Of a stretch of 63,715 nt of DNA, positions 8,629-17,602 are shown piece by piece. Below the pieces are notes generated by a model, which was not told the origin of the DNA, searched no databases, and saw nothing but the letters and a program-made list of their open reading frames with translations. The translations under genes were made by a program, and so were the position numbers. Position 1 is the stretch's first letter; every line of letters starts with the position of its first letter. Source of the DNA: Gammaproteobacteria bacterium (GTDB lineage: Bacteria; Pseudomonadota; Gammaproteobacteria; DAOVJZ01); assembly GCA_029882995.1 (NCBI GenBank), contig JAOUJV010000004.1:1-63715 (forward strand). Direction: 5' to 3'.

Positions 8629-8729
8629 ACCCTCTCCTTTAATATTTTTACCTGAATAAAGAAAATCCGCCCAGCTGATTACGAGCGGATAAAGAGACAC
8701 TATTTAGCAATACCTGACCTTGACAATCA

Positions 8730-8743
8730 TTGATCAATATCAA
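8730..8743 (-). promoter_or_regulatory. perfect FNR/Dnr/NnrR-type box upstream of the hemerythrin / DUF2249-NnrS genes
   Basis: TTGATCAATATCAA is an exact TTGAT-N4-ATCAA. Its centre is 33 nt from the centre of the -10-like TAAATA (8706-8701), the same geometry as the box at 5678. Confidence 0.65.
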
Positions 8744-8773
8744 GTCTGATCCCTTTCTGATAATGCGGATAAT

Positions 8774-9808
8774 TTATTTTCTTAGCTTATGGGTCAATAC
8801 CAGCGAAATTGTGAGCAAGAGAATCGCTCCCCCCTGATGTGCCACACCTAATGCAACAGGCACAACCAGCACAAGGGTGCTGATGCCGAGCGTTATCTGA
8901 ATCATCATCATCAAAAGCAATAAATGCGATGCAAGACGCAATCCCGGTGTCACTGCCTTGTTAAAAATGCGGAACCATAAAATCAGGATCAGCACAATCA
9001 CGGCATAGGCAATCATCCGGTGATTAAACTGAATAGTGGCCAGATTTTCAAACAAGTTCATATACCATGGCTCCATTGCAAACATACCCGGCGGTATGAA
9101 ATATTCATACATTAACGGGAACGTATTAAAGACGTAGCCTGCCCTTGTCCCTGCAACAAAACCACCACTTAATATCATGATGATAATAACAGTGGTAACA
9201 ACCAGTGCCAGTTTCCGGAAATGATCAACTTCATGTAGAGTCACTCGTCTGGCACTGTTTTCCAATAAGCCAAGTGCAACCCACAAAATATATCCATAGA
9301 TAAGAACTGCGGCACCAAGATGTGCAGTTAATCTGTATTGACTGACGCGCGGATTATCAACAAGGCCGCTCTTGACCATATACCAACCTAACAATCCTTG
9401 CAGACCACCGAGCAAAAACATGGTGATTAGTTTTGGTATGAGTTCACGTTTTATTTTTTTCAGTGCAAGAAAGATCAAAAACGGTATCAAAAAAACTATA
9501 CCAATGGTTCTACCCAATAGACGGTGACCATATTCATACCAGAAAATAGATTTGAATTCATCCAGACTCATTCCCTTGTTAACTTTCTTGTATTCCGGGA
9601 AATTTTTGTATTTTGAAAATGTCTCCTGCCAGCTTTCCTCTGTCAATGGAGGGATCGCACCCATGATCGGCTTCCAGTCAACCATAGAAAGTCCTGAACC
9701 GGTTAAGCGGGTAGCACCACCAAGAATCACCATGGAAAAAATCAGTCCACAGCAAACCAGCAGCCAGATGGCGAGTTGACGATTGTTTTTTTGTTCTTGT
9801 GTAATCAA
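8774..9808 (-). CDS. ctaA: haem A synthase (COX15/CtaA family)
   Basis: 344 aa, ~8 TM helices. N-terminal motif GGATRLTGSGLSMVDWKPIMG and conserved His residues in helices (YGHRLLG, LTAHLG, QFNHRM, VAHQGG). Confidence 0.85.
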   Translation of the reverse strand: MITQEQKNNRQLAIWLLVCCGLIFSMVILGGATRLTGSGLSMVDWKPIMGAIPPLTEESWQETFSKYKNFPEYKKVNKGMSLDEFKSIFWYEYGHRLLGRTIGIVFLIPFLIFLALKKIKRELIPKLITMFLLGGLQGLLGWYMVKSGLVDNPRVSQYRLTAHLGAAVLIYGYILWVALGLLENSARRVTLHEVDHFRKLALVVTTVIIIMILSGGFVAGTRAGYVFNTFPLMYEYFIPPGMFAMEPWYMNLFENLATIQFNHRMIAYAVIVLILILWFRIFNKAVTPGLRLASHLLLLMMMIQITLGISTLVLVVPVALGVAHQGGAILLLTISLVLTHKLRK

Positions 9809-9820
9809 TTCTTTAACCCT

Positions 9821-11500
9821 TTACTCTTTTTCCTCAAGCTTGGCCCATGTATCGCGCAATGTCACTGTCCGGTTAAATACCGCTTTCCCATCACGCAGGT
9901 GTTCAGTATCTACACAAAAATACCCTTCCCGTTCAAACTGGAACACCTCTCCTGATTTTGCCTCGCCTAAAGCAGGTTCAATCATGCATTGAGTCAATGT
10001 TAGTAGTGAATCCGGATTCAGATGATCATGGTAGTCACCCTCTGTACTGTCCGGGTTCGGGTGATTAAACAGGCGATCATATAAACGCACCTCGGCAGGA
10101 ATTGCATGTTCTACAGACACCCAGTGAATCACGCCCTTTACCTTGCGCCCTTCCGGATTGTGTCCCAATGTATCTGCATCATAACTGCAATGTAGTTCGA
10201 TGATTTCACCTTGTGCATCTTTAATTACTTCGTCACAACGGATCACATAGGCATTTCTCAATCGCACTTCCTTACCAAACACCAGTCGCTTGAATTTTTT
10301 ATTCGCCTCTTCCCGGAAATCTTCTCTATCAATATAGACTTCTCTTGTGAACAGCAATTTGCGTGAGCCCATGTCCGGGTTTTGCGGATGGTTGGCTGAC
10401 TCCACTTCTTCGCTCTGACCTTCCGGGTAATTGGTGATTACAATCTTGAGTGGATTTAACACTGCCATGCGGCGCGGCGCTGTTTCATTCAAGTCCTCAC
10501 GTATACAACTTTCCAGCACACCCATCTCGATACAGTTATCTGACTTGGTCACCCCGATACGATCACAAAACTCACGAATTGAAGCCGGTGAAAAACCACG
10601 GCGGCGCAGACCAGCAATTGTCGGCATACGTGGATCATCCCAGCCTTCCACATGACCTTCTTCGACTAATGCCGTTAATTTGCGTTTACTGGTAACCGTG
10701 TACTCCAGATTCAGGCGCGAGAATTCAATCTGCTGTGGATGATGTTCAGTTTGTAATTCATTCAGAAACCAGTCATACAACGGGCGATGATCTTCAAACT
10801 CCAGTGTACATATTGAATGGGTGATACCTTCAATCGCATCTGAAATACAATGAGTGAAATCATACATCGGATAAATACACCATGCCTCACCAGTCTGGTG
10901 ATGAATTACGCCATGACGAATACGATAAATAGTAGGATCACGTAAATTAATATTTGGTGAGGCCATGTCGATTTTGGCACGCAACACCTTTTCGCCGTCC
11001 TTGAATTCACCGGCACGCATACGTGCGAACAGATCCAGATTTTCATCGACTGAACGATCACGATAAGGACTGTCCTTGCCCGGCGCAGTCAATGTGCCAC
11101 GGTATTCCCGAATTTGCTCGGCATTCAGGTCGCAGACATAGGCCTTGCCTTTCTTTATCAGTTGTACTGCATAATCATTCAGTTGCTCAAAATAATCTGA
11201 CGCAAAATAGAGTCGCTCATCCCAATCAAAACCCAGCCACTTCACGTCTGTCTTGATGGCATCAACAAACTCCACGTTTTCCTTGTGCGGGTTGGTGTCA
11301 TCAAAACGTAAATTACAGGTACCTTTATAGTCTTTTGCAATACCAAAATTCAGACAAATTGACTTGGCATGGCCAATATGCAAATAGCCATTTGGCTCCG
11401 GTGGGAAACGGGTCGCCACCCTGCCCTTGTTTTTATTCGCTTTGAGATCGTCATCAATAATGTGACGAATAAAGTTGCTCGGTTTTTCTGTTTCGCTCAT
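9821..11500 (-). CDS. glnS: glutamine--tRNA ligase
   Basis: 559 aa. Class I HIGH motif ([10 protein letters not shown]), KMSKS-like VTSKRKL, and overall GlnRS-like sequence (TRFPPEPNG...). Confidence 0.93.
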   Translation of the reverse strand: MSETEKPSNFIRHIIDDDLKANKNKGRVATRFPPEPNGYLHIGHAKSICLNFGIAKDYKGTCNLRFDDTNPHKENVEFVDAIKTDVKWLGFDWDERLYFASDYFEQLNDYAVQLIKKGKAYVCDLNAEQIREYRGTLTAPGKDSPYRDRSVDENLDLFARMRAGEFKDGEKVLRAKIDMASPNINLRDPTIYRIRHGVIHHQTGEAWCIYPMYDFTHCISDAIEGITHSICTLEFEDHRPLYDWFLNELQTEHHPQQIEFSRLNLEYTVTSKRKLTALVEEGHVEGWDDPRMPTIAGLRRRGFSPASIREFCDRIGVTKSDNCIEMGVLESCIREDLNETAPRRMAVLNPLKIVITNYPEGQSEEVESANHPQNPDMGSRKLLFTREVYIDREDFREEANKKFKRLVFGKEVRLRNAYVIRCDEVIKDAQGEIIELHCSYDADTLGHNPEGRKVKGVIHWVSVEHAIPAEVRLYDRLFNHPNPDSTEGDYHDHLNPDSLLTLTQCMIEPALGEAKSGEVFQFEREGYFCVDTEHLRDGKAVFNRTVTLRDTWAKLEEKE

Positions 11501-11502
11501 TG

Positions 11503-12909
11503 TTATTGTTGTTCTCTAGCTTCTATATAGGCCAAGGCCATATCAATACGACGCAATGTTGCTTCTTTTCCTACCAGAAAAAGTGTCTCATCAATCCCCG
11601 GTGTAGCAGCACGGCCTGAAACAGCAACGCGTAAAGGCTGTGCGACTTTGCCCATTTTCAGATCCAGACTCTCGGCGACATCATCGACTGCCTGTTTTAA
11701 TCTTTCAGGCGACCAGTCATCCAACGCTTGCAAAGCTTCTTTTATCTTGAGCAAGGGTTCTTTAGCAACCGGGCGTAAATTCTTCTTGGCCGCATTCTCA
11801 TCGAATGCATCATAGTCTTTATAAAAGAACTCACTGATCTCGGCCATCTCAACCAGCGTCTTGGCACGTTCCTGTTGCACCCTTGCAACCTCCACCAGAT
11901 CAGGACCCGTTGCCGGATCAATGCCCCGGTTACCCATATGCGGACTCAGTAAATGCGCTATTCGATCCGGCTTGTCTTCCTTTATATAGTGCTGGTTTAA
12001 CCAAAGCAATTTTTCGGTGTTAAAACTCGACGCCGCCTTATTCACATCTTTAATATCAAAGAGCTCAATCATTTCATCTATAGAAAAGATTTCCTGATCG
12101 CCGTGTGACCAGCCCAAACGAACCAGATAATTCAGCAACGCTTCCGGCAACACACCTTGATTGTGATATTCCATTACGCTCACAGCACCATGACGTTTGG
12201 AAAGGCGTGAACCATCATCACCCAAAATCATCGGCAAGTGCGCATAGACAGGCAGATCCTTGCCGAGCGCACGCAGAATATTGATCTGGCGTGGTGTATT
12301 GTTAATGTGGTCATCACCACGGATTACATGGGTAATACCCATGTCAGCATCATCTACCACGACGGTAAGGTTATAGGTTGGTGAACCATCAGTACGACGA
12401 ATAATCAGGTCATCCAGCTCTTCATTATTAAAGGCAACGTTACCACGCACCATGTCATCAAACACGACGGTGCCGGTTGGAGGATTCAGAAAACGGATTA
12501 CATGCGGTTCATCGGGTGAAATAGCCTTACCACGACAATGACCATCATAGCGGGGCTTCACCTTGTTCTTCATCTGCTCTTCGCGTAGGGCATCCAGACG
12601 CTCCCTGGAGCAGTTACAGCGATAGGCCTTACCTTCGCCTAGAAGCTGGTCAATAATTTCATTATAACGATCAAAATGATGGGTCTGGTAAAACGGACCC
12701 TCGTCATATTCTAGTCCAAGCCAGGTCATGCCCTCAAGGATGGCGTTGATAGACTCCTCGGTCGAGCGCTCCAGGTCAGTGTCTTCAATACGCAGGACAA
12801 ACTTACCCCCGTGCTTGCGTGCATACAGCCAAGAAAACAGTGCCGTGCGGGCACCACCTACGTGGAGATAACCGGTTGGACTCGGGGCAAAACGGGTTTT
12901 TATAGTCAT
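11503..12909 (-). CDS. gltX: glutamate--tRNA ligase
   Basis: N-terminus [23 protein letters not shown] matches the GluRS N-terminus; KLSKRHG motif present. Start set at ATG 12909; the ORF track begins at an upstream GTG (12945). Confidence 0.92.
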   Translation of the reverse strand: MTIKTRFAPSPTGYLHVGGARTALFSWLYARKHGGKFVLRIEDTDLERSTEESINAILEGMTWLGLEYDEGPFYQTHHFDRYNEIIDQLLGEGKAYRCNCSRERLDALREEQMKNKVKPRYDGHCRGKAISPDEPHVIRFLNPPTGTVVFDDMVRGNVAFNNEELDDLIIRRTDGSPTYNLTVVVDDADMGITHVIRGDDHINNTPRQINILRALGKDLPVYAHLPMILGDDGSRLSKRHGAVSVMEYHNQGVLPEALLNYLVRLGWSHGDQEIFSIDEMIELFDIKDVNKAASSFNTEKLLWLNQHYIKEDKPDRIAHLLSPHMGNRGIDPATGPDLVEVARVQQERAKTLVEMAEISEFFYKDYDAFDENAAKKNLRPVAKEPLLKIKEALQALDDWSPERLKQAVDDVAESLDLKMGKVAQPLRVAVSGRAATPGIDETLFLVGKEATLRRIDMALAYIEAREQQ

Positions 12910-13002
12910 TCTGTAATCATTGCCCTTCAGGGCTTCTGCTTTCACTAAAAGACCAGAATTTTAAAGCACTTGGGGGGAAAATGGCAGGTATTTTCTTGTC
13001 AT

Positions 13003-13030
13003 AAAAAACGGCGACCGAAGTCGCCGTTTT
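13003..13030 (-). terminator. rho-independent terminator after the first PEP-CTERM paralog
   Basis: Stem CGGCGAC / GTCGCCG with loop CGAA, flanked by an A-run and a T-run (aaaaaacggcgaccgaagtcgccgtttt). Confidence 0.7.
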
Positions 13031-13052
13031 ATTAGATTAGCCTGTAATTTAA

Positions 13053-13877
13053 TTATTTACGTCTAGCCAATCCTGCCAAACCAATCAAACCAGAACCAAA
13101 CAACCAGATCGCCGCCGGAACAGGCACAGGTGAAGCTGAAAGGATTTGAGTATTCCATGCCTCTACATAAGGGATGCCTTGAAAATCAGCCCATTCCGCC
13201 CCAAAAATATTAATAGAAACATATGTGGCAGTATAATCATCTATACCATCACCATTAATGTCCCCCACATTGGCAACTGGTGTTCCATTCATGTTGCCAA
13301 CAGAAAGATGAGAAACATTTCCTGTTGTAAAATTACCTGAAAAAGGCAGGTTTGCAGGAAAGGTGGGGATTCCTCCTAGACTGGCAAAACGTGTTGCCAA
13401 ATTTAAAGTTGTCTCAGAAGCATTTGTTGTACCATTGGAACCTGAAAAATCTGTCATGTCTTGACAAAGATCACCCATAATAGTGCCGCCAATACAATCT
13501 ACCTGGAAACTGGTAAAACCAATCTCTCCCCCAGCAACTGTCATACCAATTTCTCCAGAATTGCCATTGCCGTAATTGGCAGGTTCTATAATATGATCCC
13601 CTACAAGATCAAAAGCCCCGCCAGATAACAAATTAATATCATCCCACAACCCAAGAGACTGACCAACGCTTGGCAATTCATATGAAAATGAGGTGTTGTA
13701 TGCGCCATCGATCCCCACATCTGATATTAATGGATAACCCAAAAATTCAGGCGTGCTATTGATTGTCAAAATATAACTTCCATCCGCAATCGCGACCGCC
13801 GATGCTGTTGAAACCCAACCTGACGCTGAAAATGCAGTCAGCACACCCAAACCTAATAATGTTTTATTAAATTTCAT
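13053..13877 (-). CDS. secreted PEP-CTERM (VPLPA-like variant) sorting-domain protein, paralog A
   Basis: 274 aa; signal peptide ...STASA|VAIADGSY. Shared family motifs GEIGMTVAGGEIGFTSFQVD, FTTG, GTPVANVGDINGDGIDDYTATYVS. C-terminus SPVPVPAAIWLFGSGLIGLAGLARRK. SD GGGAGGGGAG. Confidence 0.85.
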   Translation of the reverse strand: MKFNKTLLGLGVLTAFSASGWVSTASAVAIADGSYILTINSTPEFLGYPLISDVGIDGAYNTSFSYELPSVGQSLGLWDDINLLSGGAFDLVGDHIIEPANYGNGNSGEIGMTVAGGEIGFTSFQVDCIGGTIMGDLCQDMTDFSGSNGTTNASETTLNLATRFASLGGIPTFPANLPFSGNFTTGNVSHLSVGNMNGTPVANVGDINGDGIDDYTATYVSINIFGAEWADFQGIPYVEAWNTQILSASPVPVPAAIWLFGSGLIGLAGLARRK

Positions 13878-13938
13878 AACTCCCCTCCCTTTATATTTAT
13901 ACTTGATTACTACTAAAATAAATTTCCGTTTGTATTTT

Positions 13939-14739
13939 TTAATTTTTATATCGCGCTAGCCCCAACAAACCCACAAGACCAGAACCGAATAACCAGACTG
14001 CGGCTGGAACAGGAACGGGTGAAGCTGAAAGAATTTGGGTATTCCAAACCTCAATAATTGGAGTCCCGTTAAAATCTCCCCATTCAGGAGTAAATGCACC
14101 CGCTGATACAAATGTTGCGGTGTAATCATCTATTCCATCGCCATCCAAATCTCCTGCATTGGCAACGGGCGTTCCGTTAACAGTACCCGCAATGTTTGTC
14201 GATGAGCCGGTTGTGAATGTATTAAACCCCCACTGTTTATCTGTAAACACAGGAAAAACAGACATCGCAGCCTGACGCCCACTGAAATCAAGGCTGGTCT
14301 CACCAAAGGTTGTTGTACCACTTAGTATGGAAGCATCGTATGCATACTGGGCAATAGTTCCGCAACATGTATTCCCAATGGAATCCACCTGGAAACTGGT
14401 CACGCTAATGTTGCCACCTGACACAACTATCCCGATCTCTCCTGCATTACCATTGCCAGCAATAGTCGTATGACCAAACACATCGGAAAGTGCTTCATCA
14501 AACATCCCATTAGACGTCCCTGTTGCTGGAAGAAGACCAACAGTTAAAGAGGTGTTCCACGCTCCATCAGTGCCGACATCTGCCACTGTTGGATAGCCTA
14601 AATCAGAAAGGTCCGGTGAAATATTAATTACCAATGTATAACTTCCATCTGCAATCGCTACTGCAGATGCTGTTGTCATTGCCCCAGATAATGCAAGCAA
14701 ACCCGCAACACCTAAAACCACTCCGGTTTTCTTTTCCAT
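13939..14739 (-). CDS. secreted PEP-CTERM (VPLPA-like variant) sorting-domain protein, paralog B
   Basis: Same architecture as A (ASAVAIADGSY, GEIGIVVSGGNISVTSFQVD, GTPVANAGDLDGDGIDDYTATFVS, SPVPVPAAVWLFGSGLVGLLGLARYKN). ATG 14739 (MEKKTGVV...) is preferred over GTG 14754 by comparison with the paralog N-termini. Confidence 0.85.
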   Translation of the reverse strand: MEKKTGVVLGVAGLLALSGAMTTASAVAIADGSYTLVINISPDLSDLGYPTVADVGTDGAWNTSLTVGLLPATGTSNGMFDEALSDVFGHTTIAGNGNAGEIGIVVSGGNISVTSFQVDSIGNTCCGTIAQYAYDASILSGTTTFGETSLDFSGRQAAMSVFPVFTDKQWGFNTFTTGSSTNIAGTVNGTPVANAGDLDGDGIDDYTATFVSAGAFTPEWGDFNGTPIIEVWNTQILSASPVPVPAAVWLFGSGLVGLLGLARYKN

Positions 14740-14880
14740 CTTCCTGCTCCCCACATTAGTTTATTATCAATAACTGATAACACATTTAGCCCAAGTCCAA
14801 ATCAGTCTATCAAAGATTTATTCATATATGTATGTTTTTTTGATTGCGCAAAATAAAAAAACAGTCATAGCTGTTTTCTA

Positions 14881-14930
14881 AACAACAAAAAGCCCTTCAA
14901 GGAACAGTGTTCTCTATTCCTTGAAGGGCT
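14881..14930 (-). terminator. rho-independent terminator after paralog C
   Basis: 14-bp stem AGCCCTTCAAGGAA / TTCCTTGAAGGGCT, followed on the minus strand by TTTTGTTGTT. Confidence 0.75.
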
Positions 14931-15001
14931 TTATTTTTTATTAGCTTTTTATTTCAAAATCAGAATGGCTATATTCGATACCTGGCTAACAATAATTATT
15001 T

Positions 15002-15778
15002 TTATGCTTTGCGGCGACGAGCAATACCGGCAAGACCTAACAGACCTGAACCAAACAACCATAAAGCGGCTGGTACGGGTACCGCAGATACAATCTCAAC
15101 ATTCCATACTTCAAAATATGGCATAGGATAAACATCCCCCCACTCAGGTCCAAACTCACCTGCCGACTTGAATACTGCCGTATAATCATCGACACCATCA
15201 CCATTAATATCACCAACATTAGCCACCGCTACACCTGTATCCGAACCAATTAAATTGCTCGCGGTAGTACCGGTAGTAAAAGGTGCATAATCCCATTTTT
15301 TATCTGTTATTCCATATGCACTCATTGATGCTACACGACCAGTTAAATCAAAACTTGTAGTGGATGCATTAGTAATCCCGCTCATCATGCTTGTATCATT
15401 CGTGCTCTGAGAAAAATCACCTCCAGCTGTATCTAAAACAGGATCTACCTGAAAACTGGTAAATGAGATGGTACCACCTGAAATAGTGAGACCAAGTTTG
15501 CCTGCCACACCATCACATGCGATATCTCCCGGCAAACAAATACCAACTTCCGCTTCTGTAAAATAATTTGAACCTGAACTTCCTGGAAGCGCATTAAAGG
15601 CAATCTGGCTATCGTTACTCGTATAATCAGGTAAAACCGGCAAACCTGGTGGCAGCACATAAGGCAGAATGTTCATTTGATAATTGCCATCAGCAATGGC
15701 CACTGCTGATGCGGTTGTTGTGATTGCCGAACTTGTAAATATGGAAAGTGCTATTAATCCTGTAATCCAGTTTTTCAT
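15002..15778 (-). CDS. secreted PEP-CTERM (VPLPA-like variant) sorting-domain protein, paralog C
   Basis: 258 aa; ASAVAIADGNY, GKLGLTISGGTISFTSFQVD, VAVANVGDINGDGVDDYTAVFKS, VPVPAALWLFGSGLLGLAGIARRRKA. SD AAGGAGAG. Confidence 0.85.
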   Translation of the reverse strand: MKNWITGLIALSIFTSSAITTTASAVAIADGNYQMNILPYVLPPGLPVLPDYTSNDSQIAFNALPGSSGSNYFTEAEVGICLPGDIACDGVAGKLGLTISGGTISFTSFQVDPVLDTAGGDFSQSTNDTSMMSGITNASTTSFDLTGRVASMSAYGITDKKWDYAPFTTGTTASNLIGSDTGVAVANVGDINGDGVDDYTAVFKSAGEFGPEWGDVYPMPYFEVWNVEIVSAVPVPAALWLFGSGLLGLAGIARRRKA

Positions 15779-15852
15779 TTAAAGCTCTCCTTATATTGCA
15801 TCCAAAACCTATAATTCATCAAGCCCAAACCAGAATTATTATTTTTATTTAT

Positions 15853-15890
15853 TATAAAAAACGGGGATACACATTAATGCGCATCCCCGT
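15853..15890 (-). terminator. rho-independent terminator after paralog D
   Basis: Stem ACGGGGAT / ATCCCCGT, followed on the minus strand by TTTTTT. Confidence 0.7.
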
Positions 15891-15951
15891 TCTATCCGTT
15901 TTAGTCTTTTAGTTCCACAAGAATCCTTACTTGTGATTGACTACATATTAC

Positions 15952-16746
15952 TTACGCTTTGCGGCGACGAGCAATACCAGCCAGACCTACTAGACCAGAA
16001 CCGAACAACCATACTGCAGCTGGAACTGGAACAGGTGAAGACATGATGTCAACTTTCAGTACTTCAACATAAGCAGCACCGTTGAAATCACCCCATTCTG
16101 CACCAACATTACCGCCTGAAACGAAAGTAGCAGTGTAGTCATCAAGGCCATCACCATTTACGTCACCAACGTTTGCAACAGCTGTACCGTTGTTAGTTAC
16201 ACCATTAGCAGTTGAAGCACCTGTGGTGAAGGTTCCATAATCCCAAGGATTATCAAACATTGGCATACCGCTGATTGCGCCCAAAAGACCAGTCAGAGTG
16301 AATGATGTTTCACCTGCAGTTGATGTACCAGACATCGCGCTTGTATCGCTTGCATACTTAATGAAAGTACCACCCGCTGTTGAATAAATAGCATCAAACT
16401 GTACGCTTGTGAATGCAATATCACCCATAGCATCAACAGTCATAGCAAGAGAGCCGGCCATACCGTCACCACCAATACCTACATTTATGCCTTGAACAGT
16501 AGTAGGACCAGTATCAGTCATGCGCTGTGAAACACCAGTTGTAGGTGTTGGGTCAAATGTGAAAGTTGAGTTCCAGTTACCATCTGTACCAGCATCAGCA
16601 ATAGTACAAAGACCAAGGTAACAAGGTGTTTCTTGAATTTCCATTGAGTAACTACCTGTAGCGATTTGTACCGCTGAAGCAGATGTTGCAAGCGCAGCAG
16701 CACCGAATGCTGTTGCCAAAGATAAAGCTATTTTAGACTTCTTCAT
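15952..16746 (-). CDS. secreted PEP-CTERM (VPLPA-like variant) sorting-domain protein, paralog D
   Basis: 264 aa; SASAVQIATGSY, GSLAMTVDAMGDIAFTSVQFD, GTAVANVGDVNGDGLDDYTATFVS, SPVPVPAAVWLFGSGLVGLAGIARRRKA. Strong SD GGAGGAG. Confidence 0.85.
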   Translation of the reverse strand: MKKSKIALSLATAFGAAALATSASAVQIATGSYSMEIQETPCYLGLCTIADAGTDGNWNSTFTFDPTPTTGVSQRMTDTGPTTVQGINVGIGGDGMAGSLAMTVDAMGDIAFTSVQFDAIYSTAGGTFIKYASDTSAMSGTSTAGETSFTLTGLLGAISGMPMFDNPWDYGTFTTGASTANGVTNNGTAVANVGDVNGDGLDDYTATFVSGGNVGAEWGDFNGAAYVEVLKVDIMSSPVPVPAAVWLFGSGLVGLAGIARRRKA

Positions 16747-16884
16747 ATATCTTACTCCTCCAAAATTTAACTTCTTTCATTATTTCTTGAATATATTCAA
16801 GAATCATCCAGGTTCATTTAGATACCCTAAACTCCCCCTAACTAAATGATCCACTAATCCTCATGAATTAGTACTTAACCTTTT

Positions 16885-16900
16885 AGCAAGACTCGTGCCA
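16885..16900 (-). promoter_or_regulatory. sigma-54 (-24/-12) promoter for paralog D
   Basis: The minus strand reads TGGCACGAGTCTTGCT, an exact TGGCAC-N5-TTGCW. It lies about 140 nt upstream of ATG 16746. Confidence 0.75.
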
Positions 16901-16972
16901 TCAATGATTTTTTATCATTTTTCATAGGGTTATGATTGAGTATTGGTGAACTCAGTTTAAATTATCTCAAAA

Positions 16973-16990
16973 GTGTAAAATTTATTGACA
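16973..16990 (-). promoter_or_regulatory. candidate enhancer-binding-protein site (TGT-N11-ACA dyad), proximal copy
   Basis: Plus strand GTGTAAAATTTATTGACA (minus strand TGTCAATAAATTTTACAC). It starts 73 nt beyond the -24 element. Three related copies occur in the window. Confidence 0.5.
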
Positions 16991-17156
16991 AAATCAGGTT
17001 GTGAAACAGCACTTATATATTATTTGTCAATAAAAACAATAAGTTATGCAGGCCAGACTCTATAAATATATACGTCTATTGATTAACCTACTCTCTGCCT
17101 CAATGTCACAAAAATCAATTAATTCATTATTAATCAATACGTTACAAAAGGATTGG

Positions 17157-17174
17157 GTGTAAAAATTTCTGACA
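17157..17174 (-). promoter_or_regulatory. candidate enhancer-binding-protein site (TGT-N11-ACA dyad), distal copy
   Basis: GTGTAAAAATTTCTGACA matches the 16973 copy at 15 of 18 positions. Its 5' flank (gttacaaaaggattgg) also resembles the flank of the 23847 copy. Confidence 0.45.
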
Positions 17175-17602
17175 CCTATATAAGTTTTTTATAATAAGCT
17201 TATCGTTATTTAAGCTATCGAGGTTGGTATTTTTCTCCCATATTATTCAGAGATTGTGGGAAACACAGAAAACTTAAAATAAATTTAGAGCATATTGATA
17301 TTGTTCAGACAATATAAAGGTCTTGATTGGATTTCTTAGGGGGTAACGATATTAAACACGCCTTTTGCCATGCTTGCAAAAATCAGGTATCCAGTTACGT
17401 AGACAAATAATACATTGTATATTCATATTGGATTCTGCGATAATGCACGGCACTGCGGAGTTCTATAAAAACAATATTTTGCAATACATAATTTAACAGA
17501 AAAAAATAACTGGCTTTTAAGCTTCCACAGTAAAACAACAAATTTTTAGTCTGGGGTCTGTTCTCAAATCATACTGGGGACATTAAGGGGGAAATAAATA
17601 TC

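Noticed and set aside
14788-14805. Short similarity between the leaders of paralogs B and C (AGCCCAAGTCCAAATCAG at 14788 versus AGCCCAAACCAG at 15822), 44-49 nt upstream of the start codons.
   Set aside because: It is only about 12 shared bases with an indel and is absent upstream of paralogs A and D. It probably reflects remnant paralogy of the 5' regions, with too little signal to call a regulatory element.
16973-16993. Reading the repeated GTGTAAAATTTAYTGACA motif as a plus-strand sigma-70 -35 element (TTGACA/CTGACA).
   Set aside because: Distances to the nearest TATAAT-like hexamers are inconsistent (about 15 nt at the 17157 copy, 23 nt at the 23847 copy). The 23847 copy would also fire antisense into the end of a TPR gene. 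The conserved 73-nt offset from the sigma-54 elements fits an upstream activator site better.
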